Assembly (NCBI GenBank): GCA_031441465.1
Contig: JANOEP010000011.1
Location: 1 to 64,000 of the forward strand
DNA from: a bacterium
GTDB lineage: Bacteria > Krumholzibacteriota > Krumholzibacteriia > LZORAL124-64-63
Length of the DNA stretch: 64,000 bases
Direction: 5' to 3'
The notes below the pieces were generated by a model that was not told the DNA's origin, made no database searches, and worked only from the letters and a program-made list of their open reading frames with translations. The translations under genes were made by a program, and so were the position numbers. Shown here piece by piece: positions 20,393 through 29,051 of the stretch (its first letter is position 1; each line of letters opens with the position of its first letter).

Positions 20393-21559
20393 ATGGACGC
20401 CCCCCGGGTGACGGCCCTGCGCCTGCGCGAGATCCTCGTCCCGGCCTGCCGCGCCCACCGCCTCGACCTCTGCGGGGTGGTGGGACTGCCCCGTCATTTG
20501 CCCCACACCGCCGCCTGGTTCGACTGGCTGCTGGCGGGCAAGCACGGCGACCTCGATTACATGCTGCGCGCGCCGCACGACCGCGCCGACCCGACCCGCG
20601 AACGTCCGTGGGCGCGGACGCTGCTGGTGTTCGGCCAGCGCTATACCGCCGGCTGGCCATCGCCCGACGGGGAACAGCCCGCCGACTGGATCCTCGGCGT
20701 CGCCCGCTACGCCCGCGGCCTCGACTACCACGACGTGCTGCGTGGCGCGATCCGCCGCACGACCGAGGCGCTGCGCCGCGAACTGCACCGCACGGGCGTG
20801 ATCGCCGCCGAGACCGACCTGCGCGCCGAGGACGCCGTGGACGCCGGACCCTTCCTGGAACGCGAATACGCCTGGCTGGCGGGCCTGGGCTTCTTCGGCA
20901 AGAACACGCTGCTCATCCATCCGCGACTGGGTTCGGGGTTGTTCCTGGGCGTGGCCCTGCTCGATTTGGAGGTGACCGGCCTCGCCGACGCGCCGCGGCC
21001 GCTGGTCGGTCCATCCGCCCAGAAGCTGCCCGACCTCGACGGGATGGCCTCGCTCTGCGGCAATTGCAGCCTCTGTCAGGACCACTGCCCCACCGGCGCC
21101 TTGGACACCCCCTTCGAGCTTGACGCGCACCGCTGCCTGGCGACCTGGTCGATCGAGCGGCAAGGCCGCGCTCCCGCCACGCAACGCGCTCAGCAGGGCG
21201 GTCTGCTGTTCGGGTGCGACATCTGCCAGCAGGTCTGTCCCTGGAATCACAAGGCCCTGCGCCGTCCGGTGGGCGAGCCGCCCCTCGCCGAATACGGCGC
21301 CCTGCCGGAGCACGCGGAGGTGGACCTGGGCGACCTGATCCGCCTGGACGCCGCAGCCTTCCGCGCGCGCTTCCGCCGCACGCCGCTCTGGCGGGCCCAC
21401 CCCGAGGGGATGCGGCGCAACGCGCTGGTCGTCGCGGCCAACACGGGTCGGCGCGACCTGCTGCCGGCGATCCGCGAGGCCGCCGACCGGGACCCCGACG
21501 ACGAGGTCCGCGAGATCGCCCGCTGGGCGCTGGAGATCCTCGGGGAGGAACCTTCGTGA
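20393..21559 (+). CDS. queG: Epoxyqueuosine reductase
   Basis: ARYARGLDYH, VDAGPFLERE, GFFGKNTLLI, CGNCSLCQDHCPTGA, FGCDICQQVCPWN, C-terminal HEAT-like repeat. Confidence 0.93.
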   Translation: MDAPRVTALRLREILVPACRAHRLDLCGVVGLPRHLPHTAAWFDWLLAGKHGDLDYMLRAPHDRADPTRERPWARTLLVFGQRYTAGWPSPDGEQPADWILGVARYARGLDYHDVLRGAIRRTTEALRRELHRTGVIAAETDLRAEDAVDAGPFLEREYAWLAGLGFFGKNTLLIHPRLGSGLFLGVALLDLEVTGLADAPRPLVGPSAQKLPDLDGMASLCGNCSLCQDHCPTGALDTPFELDAHRCLATWSIERQGRAPATQRAQQGGLLFGCDICQQVCPWNHKALRRPVGEPPLAEYGALPEHAEVDLGDLIRLDAAAFRARFRRTPLWRAHPEGMRRNALVVAANTGRRDLLPAIREAADRDPDDEVREIARWALEILGEEPS

Positions 21560-22416
21560 GCGGGCGGATCGAGGCGGCCTGGTGGAGTCCCGCCGCGCAC
21601 GGCGCGGTGCTCTGCGACCTGTGCCCGCTGCGCTGCCGGCTGCGCGCGGGCAGGGACGGCCCGTGCGGCACCCGCGGCAACCGCGACGGCCGCATGGTCG
21701 CGCTGCAGTACGGCGAGGTCGTGGCGCTGGCCATGGACCCGATCGAGAAGAAGCCCCTCTTCCACTTCCACCCCGGCTCGCGGATCCTCTCGCTGGCGGC
21801 CCGCGGCTGCAATCTGCACTGCGCGTTCTGCCAGAACTGGAACATCAGCCAGGAACTGGACCGGCCCGTGCGGCGCGTCACGCCCGAGCAGGCCGTGGCC
21901 CTGGCCCTGAGCGAGGGGTCGCTCGGGCTGGCCTACACCTACAGCGAGCCGCTGGTCTGGTTCGAATACGTGCGGGACACGGCGCGGCTGGCGCGGGCGG
22001 CCGGCCTGAAAAACGTGGTGGTCTCCAACGGGTTCATCGAGCCGGGGCCGCTGGAGGAGCTGATCCCCTGGCTCGACGCCGCCAATATCGACCTGAAGTC
22101 GATGGACGACGCCTTCTACCGGAAGGTCTGCAAGGCCCGTCTGGCGCCCGTGCTGGCGACGATCCGCCGCCTGCACGCCGCCGGCGTCCACCTCGAGATC
22201 ACCAACCTGGTGATCCCCGGCCACAACGACGCCGACAACCAGTTGCGCGCCGTCGTGGATTTCGTGGCCTCGGTGGACCGGCGGATCCCGCTGCACTTCT
22301 CGGCCTACCACCCCGCCTGGAAGCTGGACGCGCCGCCCACGCCGCGCGAGACGATGGAGCGCGCGGCGAGGATCGGCCGCGCGCTCCTGGAGTCCGTCCA
22401 TCTCGGCAACGTCTGA
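21556..22416 (+). CDS. AmmeMemoRadiSam-type radical SAM enzyme (AmrS-like)
   Basis: CDLCPLRC, DPIEKKPLFHFHPG, GCNLHCAFCQNWNISQ, YTYSEP, ANIDLK. Confidence 0.88.
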   Translation: MSGRIEAAWWSPAAHGAVLCDLCPLRCRLRAGRDGPCGTRGNRDGRMVALQYGEVVALAMDPIEKKPLFHFHPGSRILSLAARGCNLHCAFCQNWNISQELDRPVRRVTPEQAVALALSEGSLGLAYTYSEPLVWFEYVRDTARLARAAGLKNVVVSNGFIEPGPLEELIPWLDAANIDLKSMDDAFYRKVCKARLAPVLATIRRLHAAGVHLEITNLVIPGHNDADNQLRAVVDFVASVDRRIPLHFSAYHPAWKLDAPPTPRETMERAARIGRALLESVHLGNV

Positions 22417-22427
22417 CCGGCGCCGCC

Positions 22428-24017
22428 TCAGTTCACCGGCGAGATCAGCAGATCCGCCCGGAACGTGAAGTCCGCGCTGTAGAGCATGATGCTCTTCTCG
22501 CCCCACATCGTGTCGCCGACCAGGTTCAGGTAGCCGTGGGCGTCCTCGTTCAACGAGCCGGAGTCGTAGTCCCGGGCGTAGGCGTGCAGGTTGAGCTTGG
22601 CGTAGCTGAAGTTGAAGTCCTCGGTGTCGAAGGCGATGATGACCGAGGCGCCGCCGGCATCGTGGACGACGGGGTGGCCGTCGCCCATCTCGACCCAGTC
22701 GGCGAGGACCAGGCTGTAGACCAGCTGGTCCACGGGGTTGCACTGAGTCCCGGGGTCCGCCCCGTTCAGGCAGTTGTAGGCGTTGGCCCAGACGTGGAAC
22801 CGGTCCATGTCCACGGCGTTGTCGGTGCCCTCGTCGTCGGCCATCAGGCAGACGAACTGGTTGACCTGGACCCTGACCAGCTGCTCGATCTGCAGCGGTC
22901 GCACCAGCGTGTACTGGGAGGTGAGGGTCACCAGGGCCAGCGTGTTGTCGGCGACGTGGCGGAACCGGTAGACCAGGGGCACGCCGGGGGACTCGGGCGT
23001 GAATTCCGTGCTCGCGCCGATCACTTCCATGAACCCCTCGAAGCCCAGTTCGAGGTCGTCCAGCCCCTGGGTGGAGCCGCCGTAGACGATGGTCTTGATC
23101 GACGCGCTCTGCAGGACCTCGCGCGCCGTGTAGCCGAAGTCGAGCTCCACGTCGACGACGCCGTTGTAGGCGGCGTTCAACGCCAGCCCCATCTGCTCCT
23201 CGGTGAACTCCGTCTCGATGCAGGTCAGGGCCATCATGCCGTAGCTGACGCTCGAGACGTACATGGGCATCGAGCCGGGCGGCAGGGCGGCGGCGATCTC
23301 GGCGGCGGTCGCCGTCGGGCCGAACAGCGCGGACGGGCTCGACGGCGTGTCCATGTCGATCGTGTAGTAGATCTGCATGTACTTGGCCATGATCTTGTTG
23401 GTGGTCGACCCCGCGTCCCAGTTGAAGGCCGTGCTCAGGGAGCCCGAACCGTAGGAGACGTCCGCGCCCACGAAGAGGTTCATCTGCGACTCGCTGTGGA
23501 CCTGGTCCATCGTGAACTCCACGCGCGCCGGGACGTGGGTCTCCTCGCCGACGGCCGTGTCCAGCAGGTCGGAGATGCCCTGGCGCACCGTGGACAGGCG
23601 CGGGTCGGTGACGACCCGGCTGATATCGCCGGGGGTGGAGGAGCCTTCGAGGGAGACCGACAGCGTGATGGGAGCGCGGGCCACGGTGACCGGCATGTAG
23701 ACGAACTGGTGGGCCTGGTTGCCGCGGATGAGGCTGCCGGGCCAGATGACGTCGTCGTTGAGACCCAGGAAGGCGACGCTCTCGATGTTGTCCACGACGT
23801 CGTGGACCTCGTAGGTGTAGCGGTAGCCGCCGTCCTCTTCGTCCCAGGTGTCGGTGATTTCGTCCTGCTCGTCCGCCAGGGGGACCAGCAGTCCCGCCTC
23901 CTCGAGGATCTGTTCAATCTCATCGGGAGTGGCGGTGTCGGGCGCGGCCGGGTCGTCGCCCGAGCACGCGGTCAACAGGATCAGACTGCCCGCGAGCACG
24001 AATGCGAGGGTTCTCAT
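22428..24017 (-). CDS. Thiol-activated cytolysin family (CDC-like) lipoprotein
   Basis: Lipobox LLTAC; DVIWPGSLIRG, YVSSVSYG, VYGG, GVPLVYRFR resemble CDC core motifs. Confidence 0.75.
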   Translation of the reverse strand: MRTLAFVLAGSLILLTACSGDDPAAPDTATPDEIEQILEEAGLLVPLADEQDEITDTWDEEDGGYRYTYEVHDVVDNIESVAFLGLNDDVIWPGSLIRGNQAHQFVYMPVTVARAPITLSVSLEGSSTPGDISRVVTDPRLSTVRQGISDLLDTAVGEETHVPARVEFTMDQVHSESQMNLFVGADVSYGSGSLSTAFNWDAGSTTNKIMAKYMQIYYTIDMDTPSSPSALFGPTATAAEIAAALPPGSMPMYVSSVSYGMMALTCIETEFTEEQMGLALNAAYNGVVDVELDFGYTAREVLQSASIKTIVYGGSTQGLDDLELGFEGFMEVIGASTEFTPESPGVPLVYRFRHVADNTLALVTLTSQYTLVRPLQIEQLVRVQVNQFVCLMADDEGTDNAVDMDRFHVWANAYNCLNGADPGTQCNPVDQLVYSLVLADWVEMGDGHPVVHDAGGASVIIAFDTEDFNFSYAKLNLHAYARDYDSGSLNEDAHGYLNLVGDTMWGEKSIMLYSADFTFRADLLISPVN

Positions 24018-24282
24018 GGTCGGTTCCTCCGGGGGGAAGGATCGGGTCCCGATGCGCCGGTCCATGGCGGCTGAGGTGCGGGGATCGGCCGGGACCATGG
24101 AAATGGCAATCGATGCGTGGGATGCTAGCATGGAAGCCCGTCGGCCGACCATCAATGATAAATAATAATCATCCGGGAGGTTGCGGACGGCGATGCTGGT
24201 CGTATCTTGCTTCCCGAATGGGAGTTGTGAAGTTCATCGTCACCGCTCCCCGCCGTCGGAAACCGAAACGCCTGGAGATGCC

Positions 24283-24945
24283 TTGTCCGCCGATCCGCCG
24301 TCGACGCGTCATCGTTACACCCGCGGCGAAGAGATCGCCCACAGCGTCACCCACGGGATCGGCGCCGCGCTGGCCGTTGCCGGCCTCGTGCTGCTGGTTT
24401 TGCGGGCCGAGGCGTCGGGCGACCCCTGGCGCATGGTCAGCTTCGCGGTCTTCGGGTCGACCCTGGTGCTGCTGTACACGGTCTCCTGCCTCTACCACGC
24501 CATGATCCCCCGGCGCGCCAAGCGCGTCTTCCGCTCGCTCGACCACGCCGCCATCTACCTGCTGATCGCCGGGACCTACACGCCGTTCCTGCTGGTGAGC
24601 CTGCGGGGCGGCTGGGGCTGGAGCATGTTCGGGGTCATCTGGGGGCTGGCGATCGTCGGCGTGGTGTTCAAATCGATGCACGCCGGACGTTTCCGCGTCG
24701 TTTCGACCGTGTTGTATGTCGGGATGGGCTGGCTCGCGGTGATCACCCTCAAGCCGATGCTCGCAACCGTCCCCCACGGAGGTCTGGCCTGGCTCCTGGC
24801 TGGCGGCCTCTTCTACACCGGCGGCACTGCCTTCTACCTGTGGAAGAAGTTACCCTACCACCACGCCATCTGGCACCTCTTCGTGATGGCCGGCAGCGCC
24901 TGCCACTGGATCGCCGTCTACCGCTACCTCGGTCCCGTTTCCTGA
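24283..24945 (+). CDS. Hemolysin III / PAQR family membrane protein
   Basis: EEIAHSVTHGIG, SCLYH, LDHAAIYLLIAGTYTPF, HAIWHLFV; TTG start after GGAG chosen. Confidence 0.92.
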   Translation: MSADPPSTRHRYTRGEEIAHSVTHGIGAALAVAGLVLLVLRAEASGDPWRMVSFAVFGSTLVLLYTVSCLYHAMIPRRAKRVFRSLDHAAIYLLIAGTYTPFLLVSLRGGWGWSMFGVIWGLAIVGVVFKSMHAGRFRVVSTVLYVGMGWLAVITLKPMLATVPHGGLAWLLAGGLFYTGGTAFYLWKKLPYHHAIWHLFVMAGSACHWIAVYRYLGPVS

Positions 24946-24968
24946 CCTGGCCTCACGGCCAAGGCCGC

Positions 24969-25364
24969 CTACCAGGGGGCGCGGGTCTCCGGGGCCGATC
25001 CGGTCCAGCCGGGGGCGCGGTGCTCGGTGTGCACGTAGGTGGTGATGCCGCCGCGCACGAACCATTTGGAGTCGATTTCGAGGTAGCGCGGTGCGAGCAG
25101 GGCGACCAGGTCGTCGGCGACGGCGTTGGTGACCTTCTCGTGGAAGGCGCCCTCGTTGCGGTAGGACCAGATGTAGAGCTTCAGCGATTTCAGCTCGACG
25201 CAGCGGGCGTCCGGCACGTAGCGGATCCGCAGGTGGGCGAAGTCGGGCTGACCGGTCAGCGGGCAGAGGCAGGTGAATTCGGGGCAGTCGAAGCGGATCT
25301 CGTAGTCCCGGTCCGGCTGGGGATTCGGGAACGACTGCAACTCGCGGGTAGGCTGGCTCGGCAT
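24969..25364 (-). CDS. queF: NADPH-dependent preQ0 reductase QueF, type I
   Basis: PEFTCLCPLTGQPDFA, VELKSLKLY, FHE, VRGGI. Confidence 0.95.
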   Translation of the reverse strand: MPSQPTRELQSFPNPQPDRDYEIRFDCPEFTCLCPLTGQPDFAHLRIRYVPDARCVELKSLKLYIWSYRNEGAFHEKVTNAVADDLVALLAPRYLEIDSKWFVRGGITTYVHTEHRAPGWTGSAPETRAPW

Positions 25365-25520
25365 TGCTGAACCTCTCCGGTTCGGGTCCGCCAGCACGAT
25401 AGCTTGCCGGGGGGCGGCGAGCAAGCAGAGGCGCCGGCTCGTCTTTCCACCCTGGCGCCGGACGTGCGCTGTGCTATCCTGCGTGCCGTGCCGCGGACCC
25501 ACCCGGAAGGAGCCGACCAC

Positions 25521-27416
25521 ATGCCAGGGATCTTCGGGGCCGCCGCCGCACGGCCGGATCGCGACCCGGCGCCGGTCGCCACCGCCATGCTGGACCTGCT
25601 GCGGCACCGCGACTGGTACCGCACCCTGCTGCGCCGGGACGGCCGGCTCGCCCTGGGTGCGACCTCGACCAGCCCCAGGTTCGTCGAGGCGGACCGTCTG
25701 GCGGAGACCCCGCAGGCGCTGCTGCTGGTCGACGGCACGGCCTTCACGGTCGACGGCGTCCCGCTGCCCGACGACACGCCCGGCCTCGCACGTCGCCTGC
25801 TCGCGCTCTACCTCGCCGATGGCGACGACTTCATCGACCGGATCGGCGGCCATTTCAACCTCGTGGTCGCGGACCGGCGCGACGGCCGCATCCAGCTGCT
25901 CAACGACAAGCTCGGCTTCGCCCACCTCTACTGGTACGCCGACGCCGAGGTGTTCCTGTTCGGCCCTGAACTGAAGGCCTTCCTGTCCTGGCGGGGGATG
26001 CCGCGCCGGGTCGACGCCGCTTCGGCGGCCACCTTCCTGGCCAAGGAGTGCCCCTACGGGCAGTCCACGCTGTTGCAGGGCGTGACCATGCTGGGCCCGG
26101 CCGCGCGCGTGGTCTGGGACGGGACCGCCGCGACGGTCACGCGGCGCTGGCGCGCGGAACCCCGGCCCGAGGAAGGCCGCTCCCGCGACGACCTGCTCGA
26201 CGAAGCCGAGGCGCTCTACGCCCGCGCATCGAGCAAGCGCCTGCCGGCGGGTTACGACGGTCGCATCGTGGTCGCCCTGTCCGGCGGCCTGGACTCGCGG
26301 CTGCTGCTGCACCAGGTGAAGGACCGCGGCGGCCTGGATCTGTTCACGCACGGCCAACCCGACTGCAGCGAGGTCGCGATCGCGCGCCGGACCGCCGAGG
26401 TCCTGGGCCTGCGCGACCGGCACCGCCTGATCGAGATCGATCCCGCCTGGGCCGGCCGCCACGCGCGCCGCGCGGTGTGGCTCAACGACGGGCAGATGAA
26501 CCTGCGCAACGCCACGCTGATCGGCATCAGCGAGGCGCTCGGCGACGGCCCGGTTCCCTTCTGCAACGGGATCCTGGGACCGTACCTGTCCATCGGCACC
26601 GGGCACTTCTGCGGCGAGGACGACCTGCGGGAAATCACGGACGAGGACGAACTGCGCCGCCGCGTCCTGGACTTCTCCGGCGTCGCCTCCGGCAGCGCCG
26701 GCTTCGCGTCGATCATGCGGCCGGACGCGGCCGAGGAACTGCGGCGGCTGGCCCGCGAGCAGGTGTGGGGCGCGTTCGCCGACTGGCGCCACGCGCCGCT
26801 GTTCGGCGACCAGAAGATGCTGCACATGCACTTCAACCTCGGTCGGCGCATGCAGGCCTCGGTGGACGTGCACAAGTTCTTCTTCCACGACCTGCTGCCG
26901 TTCGTGGACGAGGACCTCTTCGATTTCTGGCTGCGGCTGCCGCTGCGCACGAAGTTCGAGAACGAGCTGTACCTCGACCTCTACCGCACCCGCCTGACCG
27001 CGCTGGCGCGGGTGCCCTGGAGCCGCACCGGCCACGACCTGTTCGCCTCGGAAGCCACCGTGCGCCGCACGGTCGAACGTCGCCGTCGCCTGCTGCTGCT
27101 GAACCGCCGCGTGCGCCGGCTGACCCGCGGTCTGGTGAACATCCGCGACCGCCACGCCTACAACGACCGGCCCGCCTGGCTGCGCCGCAACCCGGAATTC
27201 CGCCGCGAGTTCGACGAGGTCCTGTCCGACGTCGGGGGCACCGGCTGCGACTGGTTCGACCAGGCCGGGGTCGACGCCCTGCGCGCCGACCTCGCCCGGG
27301 GCGCCGACTGGCACTTCCACGCCCTGGCCCAGGTCTACACGACGGTGGTCTGGCACGGCCAGTTCCTGCGCGACGCCCCGCCCGGTCGCGACCTCGCGCC
27401 GCTGGGAGCCGCATGA
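25521..27416 (+). CDS. Asparagine synthase-like amidotransferase
   Basis: MPGIFG start, NDKLGFAHLY, FGPELKAF, VALSGGLDSR, LPFVD. Confidence 0.8.
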   Translation: MPGIFGAAAARPDRDPAPVATAMLDLLRHRDWYRTLLRRDGRLALGATSTSPRFVEADRLAETPQALLLVDGTAFTVDGVPLPDDTPGLARRLLALYLADGDDFIDRIGGHFNLVVADRRDGRIQLLNDKLGFAHLYWYADAEVFLFGPELKAFLSWRGMPRRVDAASAATFLAKECPYGQSTLLQGVTMLGPAARVVWDGTAATVTRRWRAEPRPEEGRSRDDLLDEAEALYARASSKRLPAGYDGRIVVALSGGLDSRLLLHQVKDRGGLDLFTHGQPDCSEVAIARRTAEVLGLRDRHRLIEIDPAWAGRHARRAVWLNDGQMNLRNATLIGISEALGDGPVPFCNGILGPYLSIGTGHFCGEDDLREITDEDELRRRVLDFSGVASGSAGFASIMRPDAAEELRRLAREQVWGAFADWRHAPLFGDQKMLHMHFNLGRRMQASVDVHKFFFHDLLPFVDEDLFDFWLRLPLRTKFENELYLDLYRTRLTALARVPWSRTGHDLFASEATVRRTVERRRRLLLLNRRVRRLTRGLVNIRDRHAYNDRPAWLRRNPEFRREFDEVLSDVGGTGCDWFDQAGVDALRADLARGADWHFHALAQVYTTVVWHGQFLRDAPPGRDLAPLGAA

Positions 27417-28978
27417 CGACGACCCGCTCCACCTTCAGGCACGCCTGGGTCTACACCATGGCGGCCGTCACCGGGAAGATGATCAGCTTCTTCCTGCTGC
27501 CGTTCTACGCCCACGTCCTGCAGGACGTGGGCTACGGCGTGATCGGCATGATCGAGGCGTCGCTGGCGTTCCTGTTCACGCTGATGTCCTACGGCGTCCA
27601 GAGCGCGGTCACCCGCTTCTACTACGACCGGCCGCCCGAAGAGCGCCACCGCGTCGTCAGCACGGGCATGCTGCAGACGGCCGCGATCAGCACGCTGCTG
27701 TGCGTGCCGCTGATGCTGGCCAGCGGGCCGCTGAGCCAGGCGCTGCTCGGCGACTCGAAGATGTGGCACCTGCTCGTGCTGGCGCTGCTGGGCTTCATCT
27801 TCGAGCTGACCGGGACGGCCGCCTCGGCCATCCTGCTGATCGAGCAGCGCTCGCTCGCCTTCTCGATCAACGGGCTGGTGCGGCTGGTGCTGGGCGTCGC
27901 CACGAGCATCTGGTTCGTGCTGGTGCTGGATTGGGGCCTGTTCGGCTACTTCCTGAGCGGGACCCTGACGACCCTGGTCTCCTCGGCCTGGTTCGTGGTG
28001 ATCGCCGTGCGGCGCTGCGGCGCGGTCTGGGACCGCGGCATCGCGCGCGACCTGTTCTTCTTCCAGCTGCCCCTGGTTCCCGGCAACCTGGCTTCGTTCG
28101 TCTCGCGCCAGGCAGAGCGCGTGCTGGTGCGCTACCAGCTCGACCTGGGGAGCGTGGGCGTGCTGGAGATGGGCTACAAGTTCCCCTCGCTGATCAGCCT
28201 GATCATCACGCAGCCCTTCATGAAGTCCTGGAACACCACGCGCACCGCGATGGCCGACGAGCCGGGAGCGCCGGAACACATCGGCCGCGTCTTCACCTGG
28301 TACCTGCTGCTGGTGGCGTCGGCGGGGCTGGTGATCGTGGTGAACATCCCGGCCGTGCTGCGGCTGCTGACGCCGCCCGAGTTCTGGAACGCCCACCGCA
28401 TCGCGCGCGTCGAGGTCCTGACGATGATCCTGCAGGGCTGCTACTGGCACGTCACCTTCGGCATGTACTACGCCAAGGACATGCGCGCGCTGTCCTGGAT
28501 CCGCGGCATCACTTCGGCGGTGAAGGTCGCCCTGTCGGTGCTCTTCATCAAGCTGTGGGGCCTGTTCGGCGCCGCCTACTCGGCGGCCCTGATCCAGGCG
28601 GTGATGCTGTTCTGGAGCGCGCCGCTGGCGCAGCGCAGGTACCGGATCCGCTACGAGTGGCGCAAGATCTGGCTGATCGGCATCACCAGCGTGCTCGCCT
28701 TCGTGGTGCTGATCACGCTGGACCTCGAGCAGTTCGGGACCTACCGCTGGCTGCGCGACGTCGCGGTGCCGGACTTCGGCCGCGCCCTCTCGGCCACGCC
28801 GCTGGGGACCTGGAAGGAAGGCAAGGCCGTCACCCTGCTGCTCGAGCGCGCCGACGTGATGTCCGACCTGATCCTGCGCACCCTGCTGTGCCTGCCCTAC
28901 GCGCTGCTGCTGCCGACGCTCCACTACGAGACTCGCACGAAGGCCCTGGCCCGTTTGCGGGGACTGCGGCGGCGCTGA
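27413..28978 (+). CDS. Wzx-like polysaccharide flippase
   Basis: FFLLPFYA..YGVI start, many TM segments, WGLFGAAYS. Confidence 0.8.
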   Translation: MTTTRSTFRHAWVYTMAAVTGKMISFFLLPFYAHVLQDVGYGVIGMIEASLAFLFTLMSYGVQSAVTRFYYDRPPEERHRVVSTGMLQTAAISTLLCVPLMLASGPLSQALLGDSKMWHLLVLALLGFIFELTGTAASAILLIEQRSLAFSINGLVRLVLGVATSIWFVLVLDWGLFGYFLSGTLTTLVSSAWFVVIAVRRCGAVWDRGIARDLFFFQLPLVPGNLASFVSRQAERVLVRYQLDLGSVGVLEMGYKFPSLISLIITQPFMKSWNTTRTAMADEPGAPEHIGRVFTWYLLLVASAGLVIVVNIPAVLRLLTPPEFWNAHRIARVEVLTMILQGCYWHVTFGMYYAKDMRALSWIRGITSAVKVALSVLFIKLWGLFGAAYSAALIQAVMLFWSAPLAQRRYRIRYEWRKIWLIGITSVLAFVVLITLDLEQFGTYRWLRDVAVPDFGRALSATPLGTWKEGKAVTLLLERADVMSDLILRTLLCLPYALLLPTLHYETRTKALARLRGLRRR

Positions 28979-28996
28979 GCCGCCGGTCGACGACGC

Positions 28997-29030
28997 GGAA
29001 AAGCCCCGGGCGATCGCCCGGGGCTTTTCC
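28997..29030. terminator. Bidirectional terminator (perfect 34-bp palindrome)
   Basis: GGAAAAGCCCCGGGCGA|TCGCCCGGGGCTTTTCC between convergent genes. Confidence 0.8.
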
Positions 29031-29051
29031 CTTTCGGCGGGTGTCCGCGGC

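Noticed and set aside
25365..25400. preQ1 riboswitch upstream of queF (AGAGGTTCAGC)
   Set aside because: No closing stem or A-rich tail, and the motif is the SD region itself.
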